33,744 nucleotides of DNA. Source: an uncultured Clostridia bacterium. GTDB lineage: Bacteria > Bacillota > Clostridia > RUG12999. Under the pieces are notes generated by a model. The model was not told the DNA's origin, searched no databases, and saw only the letters and a program-made list of their open reading frames with translations. The stretch is taken from positions 1-33,744 of the forward strand of contig CATIYX010000190.1 of the NCBI GenBank assembly GCA_949739095.1, given 5' to 3'. Shown piece after piece: positions 6,608 to 15,859 of this stretch (the first letter of the stretch is position 1; every line of letters begins with the position of its first letter). Both the position numbers and the translations under genes were made by a program.

Positions 6608-6663
6608 GGAACCATAGGAAGCGACAGATAAGAATACTAGAAAAAGAAATGGAGGAGAATTTT

Positions 6664-8178
6664 ATGAAAAAAAGAATCATCAGCTTTTTACTGCTGTTGG
6701 CGTTACTGTGCAGTTTGAGTACCGTGTGTGCAGAAGAAACAACACAAACAATGACGCCTTTTATCAGCGTAACACACGATGATGGAAATGCATCGCGTAT
6801 CACGTCAACAGACGCTACGCAGCCGGTCTCTTTGGGTAGCAAAGGATATATCAGGCGGCAGATTACCGTGTTGGATCTTTCCCAAATAAATGTGCCGGAG
6901 GGCATGATGTTGGACGAAGTGACCTATTCTTTGTATTGCACAGTGAATTTTGAAGTTGTAGATACAACGCTGGGTATTTATGCACTGGATTTGTCAAGTA
7001 TTGATTTTAGTGCTACAAGGCTGACGCAGGAGAATGTTCCGGAAAATGGAGAACTGATTGCTAGTTTTGCTATGCCGGCACGTCAAAACGATGCGGAACA
7101 ATATAATCAATATATGGATTTTGACTTGAGCGCATATGTGAAAGCGGCGATAGCGGAAGAAAAACAATATGTTGGTTTTGCGGTTGTGCAAACAAGCAGA
7201 TGTCAAAAAGGTGGCATGTATGTTGGTACGACCTATCATGAGAATCCGCCGAAAGTAACATTCGGGTTTCGGGAGCGCGGTGTGAGCGTAAAAAGCCGTA
7301 GTGTTTTAGGCGAAACAGATGGAGTACAGGATATGGAAAAAACGGTTGCCCCATGGATTAGTGTTACGCACGATGATGGAAACGAAGGGCGTTTCACTGA
7401 TACCGATATCAAGCAGCCGATATCTATGGGTAGCAAAGGATATACCAGACAACAGATTACCGTGCTGGATTTATCTACATTAGGCATCCCGGAAGGTACT
7501 TCACTGGAAGAAGCGGTCTACTCACTGTATTGCCGTATCAATTTTGAAGCTGTAGACACTGTACTTGGTGTTTATGAATTGGATCTTTCGGGCGTTGATT
7601 TGAGCGATGGATTAAAATATGCAGATGTTCCGGCGCGGGGGAACCAGATTGCCAGTTTTAACATGCCGGCACGGCAGGGGAGTGAGAGCTATAACAGATA
7701 TATGGATTTTGACTTGACGGAATACATCAATGCAGCCATAGCGGCGGGGAAACAATATGCAGGCTTTGCGATGATACAAACAAGTAGATGCTCAAAAGGC
7801 GGTATGGAAGTTGAAACGATTTATGGTACTAATACGCCCAAGCTGTCTTTGAAATATCAAGAAGTAGTATCAGGAAAAGCAGAACAAAACACTTTGAGCG
7901 AAGGCGAGTTGGAATACAACGTGACGCTACTGAATGAAACAAATGAAACAAAACAAGTGCGACTCATGTGGGCGGAAGTGCAAGGAAATGTTTGTACCAA
8001 AGTGGTTGCGGGAGAAGTCGTTTCATTGGAAGCAAATACGGAACAGACGTTAACTTTAACGCAGGCAGTGACAGATACGAACAGTATAGTACGTTTTTTT
8101 GCCGTAGAGGATATCGGCACAGTGATACGGCCACTCATAAATGAAAAATATGAACTGACGAAAGATGGATGGAAATAG
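6664..8178 (+). CDS. Secreted protein with two tandem ~168-aa homologous domains plus a C-terminal beta-sandwich-like region; possible carbohydrate-binding protein
   Basis: GGAGGAG RBS. Signal peptide MKKRIISFLLLLALLCSLSTVCA. Domain 1 and domain 2 are collinear (ISVTHDDGN...ITVLDLS...YSLYC..NFE.VDT.LG.Y.LDLS...YMDFDL..Y..AAIA..KQY.GFA..QTSRC.KGG). The track start at 6571 is an unsupported TTG extension. Confidence 0.75.
   Translation: MKKRIISFLLLLALLCSLSTVCAEETTQTMTPFISVTHDDGNASRITSTDATQPVSLGSKGYIRRQITVLDLSQINVPEGMMLDEVTYSLYCTVNFEVVDTTLGIYALDLSSIDFSATRLTQENVPENGELIASFAMPARQNDAEQYNQYMDFDLSAYVKAAIAEEKQYVGFAVVQTSRCQKGGMYVGTTYHENPPKVTFGFRERGVSVKSRSVLGETDGVQDMEKTVAPWISVTHDDGNEGRFTDTDIKQPISMGSKGYTRQQITVLDLSTLGIPEGTSLEEAVYSLYCRINFEAVDTVLGVYELDLSGVDLSDGLKYADVPARGNQIASFNMPARQGSESYNRYMDFDLTEYINAAIAAGKQYAGFAMIQTSRCSKGGMEVETIYGTNTPKLSLKYQEVVSGKAEQNTLSEGELEYNVTLLNETNETKQVRLMWAEVQGNVCTKVVAGEVVSLEANTEQTLTLTQAVTDTNSIVRFFAVEDIGTVIRPLINEKYELTKDGWK
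6757..7851 (+). repeat. Internal tandem domain duplication (6757..7263 and 7351..7851)
   Basis: Protein-level alignment by eye of the two segments. Identity is high at conserved blocks and is also visible at the nucleotide level (e.g. gtaacacacgatgatggaaa / gttacgcacgatgatggaaa). Confidence 0.8.
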
Positions 8179-8190
8179 GAGGGAATGGAA

Positions 8191-9774
8191 ATGAAACGAA
8201 TCATATGTTTAGTCCTTGCGCTGTGTATGCTTTGTATGGCGGGATGTACAAATCAGGAAAAACAAAAAGAAGCAGGGAGCACAAATCAGAAGTTGACTTA
8301 TTGGGTGGGAATGAACAGCTCTCAACTTACCACCATATCGAATTATGCAGAACTGCCGATGTATCAAAAATTAAGTGAAGAAACGGGTGTTGAAGTAGAA
8401 TTTATGCATCCGCCGACAGGGCAGGAAGCAGAACAATATAATTTGCTAATTGCCTCCGGCGATTATCCGGACATGATTGAACGGGGCTGGTCGACTGATG
8501 CAGGTGGTCCGGGGAAAGCAGTAGCGGACGGCATTGTTTTACCGCTGGATGATGCGATTAAAAATTATGCGCCGAACTATCAGGAGCTGCTGGAAAATAA
8601 TCACGAATTGAAAAAAGCATTTTCCACAGATGATGGTCAGATTTTTGCCTTCGGTGGTATTACCGTTATGCCGAAACTGAATCCGGGCGGATACTTCATT
8701 CGCAAGGACTGGTTGGAGAAACTCGGTATGGAGGCGCCAAAAAGCATCGAGGATTGGGAAGCCTATTTTGAAGGCTGTAAAACGCAGCTTGGCATAGAAA
8801 CGCCGTTTTCGACAGATTCCTATCGTATGAACTATGCAAAGTTATTCTCGGAAAGCTTTGGTATTGGCAGCAAATACTATATTGACGCAGCGGGAGAAGT
8901 GAAATATGCGCCTATGCAACCGGAATTTAAGGAATATCTCACGCTGATGAACAGTTGGTTTGAAAAAGGATATTTGGACAAAGGAATCTTTTCAAATGAT
9001 GCCAATATGGTAGAATCTAAAATCCTCAATTCCATGACAGGGTCCTTTTACGGCTTTATTGGCAGTACGTTCGGCAAACTTTTAGCTGCAGCGCCGGACG
9101 AACAGTTCCAGTTAATGGCGGTGGAAAGTCCTTCTCTAAAAAGCGGAGAAGCGGCGCAGCTTTACGTTACTAAACCCTATGGATTTGATGCATCGGCAGA
9201 TATGACATATAGTCTGACGAATACCACCGCATTTTCCACGAAAAACAAGGATTTGGAAAAATCGGCGAAATTTATGGACTATTTGTATACAGAAGAAGGA
9301 CGGAAGCTGAAAAACTTTGGTGTGCAGGACGTCAGCTACACCATGGTAGGGGATAAACCAACCTATACGGAAGAAATTTCAAACAATGCAGAAGGACGTT
9401 CCATGAATGAAATGATTGGAAAATATTGCAGAGCAACCTACCCCAATCCTGGGTTTGGCGACGACCCTTATTATATTGAACAGTATTATAAATATCCGCA
9501 GCAGCTAGAGGCTGTAGATATTTTCGCAGCCAATCTGGACCATGCAGTTGCATTCGACATGCCACCGGTGACACCGCTGGCAGAGGAGGTAACAGAAATG
9601 TCTACCCTGCAGGCAACTATTGACACTTATCAAGAAGAAATGTTTGCAAAATTCATCATGGGAACAGAATCGCTTGATAATTTTGATAAATATGTGGCGA
9701 CGCTGAAATCCATGAACATTGACCGCATTTTAGAGATTTATAAAAATGCAATGCAACGTTATGAAGCGCGGTAA
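8191..9774 (+). CDS. ABC transporter extracellular solute-binding lipoprotein (large carbohydrate SBP, LplA/YtcQ-like)
   Basis: AGGAGGG RBS 7 nt before ATG 8191. Lipoprotein signal with lipobox MAGC (MKRIICLVLALCMLCMAGC). About 525 aa. Followed by two permease genes. Confidence 0.85.
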   Translation: MKRIICLVLALCMLCMAGCTNQEKQKEAGSTNQKLTYWVGMNSSQLTTISNYAELPMYQKLSEETGVEVEFMHPPTGQEAEQYNLLIASGDYPDMIERGWSTDAGGPGKAVADGIVLPLDDAIKNYAPNYQELLENNHELKKAFSTDDGQIFAFGGITVMPKLNPGGYFIRKDWLEKLGMEAPKSIEDWEAYFEGCKTQLGIETPFSTDSYRMNYAKLFSESFGIGSKYYIDAAGEVKYAPMQPEFKEYLTLMNSWFEKGYLDKGIFSNDANMVESKILNSMTGSFYGFIGSTFGKLLAAAPDEQFQLMAVESPSLKSGEAAQLYVTKPYGFDASADMTYSLTNTTAFSTKNKDLEKSAKFMDYLYTEEGRKLKNFGVQDVSYTMVGDKPTYTEEISNNAEGRSMNEMIGKYCRATYPNPGFGDDPYYIEQYYKYPQQLEAVDIFAANLDHAVAFDMPPVTPLAEEVTEMSTLQATIDTYQEEMFAKFIMGTESLDNFDKYVATLKSMNIDRILEIYKNAMQRYEAR

Positions 9775-9828
9775 GAGATTGGCTTTGATAAAAGAGCGGT
9801 TTTAGAAAAATGAAAGGAAGAAAAAACT

Positions 9829-10779
9829 GTGTATGAATTGAGAGCAAGGAATGTGCTGCCGAACAAAAAGCACAAAGCGAGCATTTTAAAAGATTTACGG
9901 CGCGATGTATGGATTTATGTGCTTGCTGCGGTAGTGCTTGCGTATTACATATTGTTTCACTATTTACCAATGTATGGAGCAGTCATCGCCTTTAAAGAAT
10001 ATGATGTCGCAAAAGGCATTATGGGAAGTCCATGGGTGGGGCTGAAAAATTTTAAAGATTTTTTTAACGATTACTATTTTGTACGCTTGCTGCGCAACAC
10101 CTTATTGCTCAGTGTATATAACCTGTTGTGGTCTTTTCCGGCGACCATTTTGTTTGCACTGCTGCTCAATGAAATCCGGCAGGAAAAATTCAAAAAGGTG
10201 GTGCAAACCGTCACCTATCTGCCACATTTCATTTCCACCATTGTGGTATGTGGTATGTTGATTGACTTTTTGGCAGATGACGGATTGATTACGCAAATTG
10301 TGAAGTTGTTTGGCGGAGAGGGCAAATATTATCTGAACTATCCACAATATTTCCGCACGATTTATGTTTCCTCCGGTATTTGGCAGAGCATTGGCTGGGG
10401 CAGCATTATTTATCTGGCGGCGCTGTCAGGAATTGACACGGAGTTATATGAAGCGGCAACCATTGATGGCGCGGGGCGGCTGCGACAGACGTGGCACATC
10501 ACATTAACAGGGCTGCTGCCCACCATTGTGACACTGTTGATTTTGGAAATTGGTAAACTCATGAATTTGGGATATGAAAAAATAATATTGCTCTACAACG
10601 GCAATACCTATGAGACAGCGGACGTTATTTCTACCTATGTTTACCGGCTGGGGTTAGGAGCGTCAAGGCGGTATAGCTATACGACGGCAATTGGACTGTT
10701 TAACAGTCTTATTAACTTAATTCTGCTAGTCAGCGCAAACAAAATCAGCAAACGGCTAACGGATAACAGCCTGTGGTAA
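9829..10779 (+). CDS. Carbohydrate ABC transporter permease (LplB/YteP-like)
   Basis: Multiple TM segments. Characteristic N-terminus ...YLPMYGAVIAFKEY...GSPWVGLKNF. EAA loop EAATIDGAGRLRQTWHITL. GTG start. Confidence 0.85.
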   Translation: MYELRARNVLPNKKHKASILKDLRRDVWIYVLAAVVLAYYILFHYLPMYGAVIAFKEYDVAKGIMGSPWVGLKNFKDFFNDYYFVRLLRNTLLLSVYNLLWSFPATILFALLLNEIRQEKFKKVVQTVTYLPHFISTIVVCGMLIDFLADDGLITQIVKLFGGEGKYYLNYPQYFRTIYVSSGIWQSIGWGSIIYLAALSGIDTELYEAATIDGAGRLRQTWHITLTGLLPTIVTLLILEIGKLMNLGYEKIILLYNGNTYETADVISTYVYRLGLGASRRYSYTTAIGLFNSLINLILLVSANKISKRLTDNSLW

Positions 10780-10795
10780 GGGGGAGGAAATCGTC

Positions 10796-11668
10796 ATGAA
10801 GGTGAAAGAAAGTATAGGCAGAAGAATTTTTTGTAAGGTAAATATCTTTATCATGATTGGCATGATAGTGATTACGGCATATCCGCTGATTCATGTATTG
10901 TTTGCATCGCTGAGCGATTCTGGCGCACTGCTGAAACACAGAGGACTGCTGCTGTATCCGGTTGGATTTAATTTGAATGCCTACAGCGTAGTAATCAAAA
11001 ATCCCAATATTACCTCCGGCTATCTCACGACCATTTTTGTTGTGGTAAGCGGAACATTAATTAATTTATTTATGACGTCGATTGGGGCGTTTGTGCTCAG
11101 CAGAAGAACGCTGCGGGGCAGGCATTTCTTGATGGCAGTGATTATTATAACAATGTATGTCAGCGGCGGAATGATTCCCCGGTATCTCATCATCGCCAAC
11201 ACGTTGCATCTAAAAGATAGCTTGCTTTCGCTGATTCTGCCTGGCGCTATCTCAACGTATAACTTGATTATTATGAGGACCAATTTCATGCAAATTCCGC
11301 AGAGCTTAGAGGAAGCGGCACGCATAGACGGCGCGAACGATATTTCTATCTTGTTTAAAGTGATTTTGCCGCTGTCCGTACCGGTGCTTGCTGTGATGAC
11401 ACTGTTCTACGGCGTTTCGCACTGGAATGCGTGGTTTGACGCAATGTTGTTTTTGCGGGAGCGTAGCAAATATCCGTTGCAGCTCATTATGCGTGAAATT
11501 CTTATCAGCAACAGCGCCAGTGCGATGTCTGACAGTGGCACTTATGAGATTGGAGAAAGTATAAAATATGCTACGATTATTTTTACCACGGTTCCGATTC
11601 TTTTGGTTTATCCTTTTATTCAACGGTATTTCGTGAAAGGCATTATGATTGGTGCAATTAAGGGATAA
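10796..11668 (+). CDS. Carbohydrate ABC transporter permease (LplC-like)
   Basis: GGGGGAGG RBS. TM-rich. EAA loop EEAARIDGANDISILFKVILPLS. Confidence 0.85.
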   Translation: MKVKESIGRRIFCKVNIFIMIGMIVITAYPLIHVLFASLSDSGALLKHRGLLLYPVGFNLNAYSVVIKNPNITSGYLTTIFVVVSGTLINLFMTSIGAFVLSRRTLRGRHFLMAVIIITMYVSGGMIPRYLIIANTLHLKDSLLSLILPGAISTYNLIIMRTNFMQIPQSLEEAARIDGANDISILFKVILPLSVPVLAVMTLFYGVSHWNAWFDAMLFLRERSKYPLQLIMREILISNSASAMSDSGTYEIGESIKYATIIFTTVPILLVYPFIQRYFVKGIMIGAIKG

Positions 11669-11695
11669 ACGGCGATAATAAAGGAGGAAGAGGCT

Positions 11696-13339
11696 ATGAA
11701 AAAAATAGCGTTATGGTTATGTGTTTGCTTGGTTTGTGTCAGTGGGAGTGCATTTGCAATGGAAGCAAACATTAATTACGACACGAATTTGATTTCGGTG
11801 AATACATCGACGGAAGGTCAAAAAACGGCAGTTCTTGTGGTACGGAACAAGGAAACCGGCGCATATGAATATGCAGACCTTTTGTTTGCACAGGAGGAGA
11901 TGTTTTCCGCGGACCTAAAGCTGTCCGATGAGGCAGCAGAAGGTGAATATAGCGTTGTGCTGGTTCGGGCAAATGAAACGGAAGAAGAATTGTTTGACTT
12001 TGTGAATGTCAGTGAAGGAACGCGCAGCGCTATTGTACAGGCATTATCTAGTATTTTGAGCGATGCGAATGAGGCAAGCAGTGTGCAGAAGCTGAATGCT
12101 CTTGTGACGCAATATACATGGGCGCTTGGTATTGATACAGCAAAATATGGAGCGCTTTCCACCAAAGCTGATTTGATTGCGCTTTTGCAGGAAAAACCGC
12201 ATGCGACGTTTGCACAGATTATGGAAAGTTTTCCGGCAGCGTTGGACGAAGCATATGCCGCGTCAACAGGGGAAAAGATTCTGGAGGATATTAAAAGTGC
12301 AAGCAGTGCAGAAATTACTGGAATTTTGAAAGAAAACGCGGAGATTTTAGGAATTACATTGACGGAAGTATATGATAAATACCAGACCTATGTCAATGAA
12401 CGGCTGAAAAATACAGCGGACTTATCTATGGCAAATGTTGCAGAGAAATTTAATGCAATTATGGCGATTCCCTATCTGAACGCGGCATCGCGTAGTGACA
12501 TTGACCGCGTGATTCAGGAGCAGGACAAATATCTGGATATTTATGACACGATTCATAAAAACAACGCTGATGTTGTCGTTAAGATTTTGAAAAAACTGGA
12601 GGAAACAGAATTTCAGGAACGTTCAGAGATTCTTGCCGCCATCATTGAAGTGGTTGCAGAAGATAAAGCGGACCAGAAGAAAGAGCCTTCCGGTTTTGGC
12701 GGAGGGGGAGGAGGCACAAGAAGACCCAGTGCAGATATTGCTATTTCCGGTATACCGCCGATTTCGCCGCCGCCGGGTACAGTCTCCAATCCTACAGAGG
12801 AAACAGGCCGGTTTCATGATGTAAATTCTGTGCCATGGGCAGTAGAAAGCATTGAGAAACTTGCGGATATGGGAATTATCTCAGGGAAAGGTGAAAAAAC
12901 CTTTGCACCAAACGACCAAATTACCAGAGCGGAAGCGGTTAAAATTCTGGTTGGCGCATTTTCTCTGACAGAGGAATCGGACGTTGCATTCACAGACGTT
13001 GTGGCGGACAGCTGGGATGCGCCGTATATCCGTAAGGCGGTGGCAGCGAACCTGACGCTTGGGGACGGAAACGGTTATTTTCGTCCGGAAGATGTTATCA
13101 GCAGACAGGATATTGCCGTGATAATTTGCAGATTCATCGGCGGAGCGCGGACAGCAGAACTGCCGTTTGATGACAAGGATTCTATTGCAGAATATGCCAA
13201 AGAAGCAGTGGAAACGCTCTATAGCATGGGTATCATTTCAGGAAAAGATGATGGAAATTTTGACCCCTATGGTAATCTTACACGGGCAGAATGTGCAAAA
13301 ATGGTTTATGGTATCATCGCACAGCAGCAAAACGGGTAA
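11696..13339 (+). CDS. Cell-surface protein with C-terminal triple SLH (S-layer homology) anchor
   Basis: Signal peptide MKKIALWLCVCLVCVSGSAFA. Gly/Pro linker (GFGGGGGGTRRP...PPISPPPG). Three SLH motifs from about 12809 (FHDVNSVPWAVESIEKLADMGIISG...ITRAEAVKIL; FTDVVADSWDAPYIRKAV; ...GIISGKDDGNFDPYGNLTRAECAKMV). Confidence 0.8.
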   Translation: MKKIALWLCVCLVCVSGSAFAMEANINYDTNLISVNTSTEGQKTAVLVVRNKETGAYEYADLLFAQEEMFSADLKLSDEAAEGEYSVVLVRANETEEELFDFVNVSEGTRSAIVQALSSILSDANEASSVQKLNALVTQYTWALGIDTAKYGALSTKADLIALLQEKPHATFAQIMESFPAALDEAYAASTGEKILEDIKSASSAEITGILKENAEILGITLTEVYDKYQTYVNERLKNTADLSMANVAEKFNAIMAIPYLNAASRSDIDRVIQEQDKYLDIYDTIHKNNADVVVKILKKLEETEFQERSEILAAIIEVVAEDKADQKKEPSGFGGGGGGTRRPSADIAISGIPPISPPPGTVSNPTEETGRFHDVNSVPWAVESIEKLADMGIISGKGEKTFAPNDQITRAEAVKILVGAFSLTEESDVAFTDVVADSWDAPYIRKAVAANLTLGDGNGYFRPEDVISRQDIAVIICRFIGGARTAELPFDDKDSIAEYAKEAVETLYSMGIISGKDDGNFDPYGNLTRAECAKMVYGIIAQQQNG

Positions 13340-13348
13340 CGGAAAGGA

Positions 13349-15847
13349 ATGGTTATCAATATGAAATATTTAAAATTTAGCTGCATATTTCTGTTGCTGC
13401 TGCTTTCGTTCCAAATGGTTACGTTTGCCGAAGGAAACGCCGATGAAGAATTGTTGGTGCATTTGGGAATTGTGGACAGTGGATTCGCGCAGAAGGAAAG
13501 CGTTTCCAGAGCAGAATTTGCGCATATTGTCGTGAAATTCATGAATATTGAGCCGGTGGAGGCAAGAAAAATCTATGCGGATGTTGCAGAAAACCATCTT
13601 TATGCGGCAGATATTACGCTGTTGTCAGACTTGGGATATATTAATGGCGACGGAAGCGGAAACTATCATCCGGACGCAGCAATTGAAACTGCCCATGCAG
13701 CAAAAATTTTGGTTTGTGCGTTAGGATATCATCCTGTTTGTAGAATCAATAACAGTTTTTTGGCGCAGGCACAAAATCTGGGATTGTACAAAGGTGTCTC
13801 CGCGAACGGCGTGTTTGATGGGAAATCATGTGTAAAAATGCTGGGCAATGCCTTAAAAGCGCCGGTGCTGAAAACAAAAACGGTTGGTGAAACAATGACG
13901 TTCAATAATTCGGACAGTGGGGAAGCGCTGGTGGAATATTTTCATCTAAACTGGATAGATGGCGTTGTGACCAGCGTGAACGGCGCAAGCCTGACGGGAG
14001 CAGGAAACAGTAGTGGACAGATGACGGTTGGTGGATATACCTATCCTATCAAGGGTGAAAACTATGATAGCCTGCTGGGATACCGTGTGAAAGCATATGT
14101 GGACGAGGACGAAGGAGAAATTGTCTATTGCGAAGCCTACCGTAACAATGTGGTGGAAATTTTGGCGGACGATATCAATGAAAGCAAAACGACGCTGAAA
14201 ACTGTTTATACGGTCGATAATCAGAAATATAACATTTCCAGCAGCGCAGATTATCTGTACAATGGAAACGGTTATTTTGAAATCACCGCGGCGGATATGC
14301 TGCCGGAAACAGGCAGTATTACGTTAATAGACAACAATAATGACGGCACTTATGATGTAGTAAGTATCTATCATTATGACGTTTGTGCAGTCAATCTGGT
14401 GAACTATAACACGCGTACACTGACAGATTTCTATGGAAACACCATCCCATCTCTGGAAGAGTGCAAACGGATTGAAGTGCTCCGTGATGGGAAACAAATT
14501 AGCTTCAATGACATTTCACAGAGTCAGATTGCCTTAGTTGCAGTTGATAAAACAGGGCAGTTTGCAAAAGTGTTGGTATCTGACCAGAAGGCATCCGGCA
14601 TAGTGGAAGCGGTTGGAGAGAAAACTGTAGAACTGGGCGGTACAGAATATGAAATTGCACAGGGTCTGCTGAACAATGCAGAGGCAATGACGAAACTGTC
14701 TGCTGGCAATAAGGTGGATTTACGGCTGGACCCGTTCGGAAAAATTGCTTACATACGCTCCAGTACACAGGAAACAATGCATTATGGATACCTGATAAAA
14801 ATATCCTCGGACGGTGCATTTTTGAGCAATTTTGATATGAAAGTGCTATTGGACGACGGGCAGATTGACATTTTCAAGACTGCTACAAAAGTGAGATTAA
14901 ATGATAAAACGATGACGGAGGAAGCGGTAAAAAGCGCGTTTTGGGAATTTGGCGAATTTGTGCCGCAGATTATTAGATATCAAACAGATGAAAACGGGAA
15001 CATCCGAAATATTTATACAATAGGCAGCGATAGTGTGTCACTGGATTTTCCGTTTATGCAAAGGGCGCAGTCGGGCACACGCGTATTTGCAGCGGACGGC
15101 GATTTTATCTATAACTCCAATACAGTGATTTTCTCTGTGCCGAAGTTCACAGAAGATGCTGTAGATGAAGATTATTCTATTGCCGGTACCGTTTCCGGCG
15201 ACTATGCAACCTCTGAAATTGCTGCATATGACGTAGATGAATTTAATACGGCGGCAGCGGTTGTGCGAAGAAATGCAACAACAGCAAACAACGGAAAAAT
15301 TACCAATAATGATAAAAACTATAATCCGCTGTTGGTAGTGGACAAGGTAACACAGGGAATCAATGAAAAACGGGGAGAACCGGAATATCTTCTATATTGT
15401 CAAAGCAGAAACGGTACCTTGCGATATTTTGTCAGCAGTGAGAACTACCATTTGGTGGAAAATCTGAAAAAAGGCGATGCTATTATCATCAAATATAATG
15501 AGGCGACAGAATATGTGCTTGATGTGTATTTGGATATTGTAAATGCAGTGGATGCAAACGGATATACGCATAAGGATGAAGTTGTGTCCAGCACAGACGG
15601 TTCCCGCTGGTTTGAATGGATTTATGGAAAAGTGGATAGCCGGTATGGCGATATGATAAAAATATCGGATAAGGAGTCACCGTCAAAACCGTCAGATTAC
15701 CGTATCTATGCTGCGGGAGCGGCGAGAGTCATCATTGTGGGAAGCGAGGAAATCCGCTATGGCAGTCTGGCGGATGTGACACCGGGTAGCGAAATTGTGC
15801 TGCGGTCTAGAGGACCGAGTGTGATGGAAGTTATTATATATGAATAG
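13349..15847 (+). CDS. Large cell-surface protein with N-terminal SLH-like repeats; paralogue of 29574..32237; function unknown
   Basis: Signal peptide (MKYLKFSCIFLLLLLSFQMVTFA; the start could be 13361). SLH-like motifs (SVSRAEFAHIVVKFM; YADVAENHLYAADITLLSDLGYINGDGSGNYHPD). Collinear blocks are shared with the 29574 protein. Confidence 0.75.
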   Translation: MVINMKYLKFSCIFLLLLLSFQMVTFAEGNADEELLVHLGIVDSGFAQKESVSRAEFAHIVVKFMNIEPVEARKIYADVAENHLYAADITLLSDLGYINGDGSGNYHPDAAIETAHAAKILVCALGYHPVCRINNSFLAQAQNLGLYKGVSANGVFDGKSCVKMLGNALKAPVLKTKTVGETMTFNNSDSGEALVEYFHLNWIDGVVTSVNGASLTGAGNSSGQMTVGGYTYPIKGENYDSLLGYRVKAYVDEDEGEIVYCEAYRNNVVEILADDINESKTTLKTVYTVDNQKYNISSSADYLYNGNGYFEITAADMLPETGSITLIDNNNDGTYDVVSIYHYDVCAVNLVNYNTRTLTDFYGNTIPSLEECKRIEVLRDGKQISFNDISQSQIALVAVDKTGQFAKVLVSDQKASGIVEAVGEKTVELGGTEYEIAQGLLNNAEAMTKLSAGNKVDLRLDPFGKIAYIRSSTQETMHYGYLIKISSDGAFLSNFDMKVLLDDGQIDIFKTATKVRLNDKTMTEEAVKSAFWEFGEFVPQIIRYQTDENGNIRNIYTIGSDSVSLDFPFMQRAQSGTRVFAADGDFIYNSNTVIFSVPKFTEDAVDEDYSIAGTVSGDYATSEIAAYDVDEFNTAAAVVRRNATTANNGKITNNDKNYNPLLVVDKVTQGINEKRGEPEYLLYCQSRNGTLRYFVSSENYHLVENLKKGDAIIIKYNEATEYVLDVYLDIVNAVDANGYTHKDEVVSSTDGSRWFEWIYGKVDSRYGDMIKISDKESPSKPSDYRIYAAGAARVIIVGSEEIRYGSLADVTPGSEIVLRSRGPSVMEVIIYE

Positions 15848-15859
15848 GAGTGAGGATAG

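Noticed and set aside
6571-6663. N-terminal 31-aa extension of the first operon gene (TTG start in the ORF track)
   Set aside because: It has no RBS and would overlap the candidate promoter. The ATG at 6664 has a GGAGGAG RBS and begins a canonical signal peptide.
8169-8378. Short ORFs straddling gene junctions (8169..8378, 19056..19292, 13167..13364, 24424..24456 extension)
   Set aside because: They are out of frame with or overlapping well-supported genes, lack an RBS, and are explained by neighbouring real starts.
12694-12790. Gly- and Pro-codon runs in the SLH protein linker as a phase-variable simple repeat
   Set aside because: No homopolymer exceeds 5 nt and the codons are mixed. It is an ordinary flexible linker.
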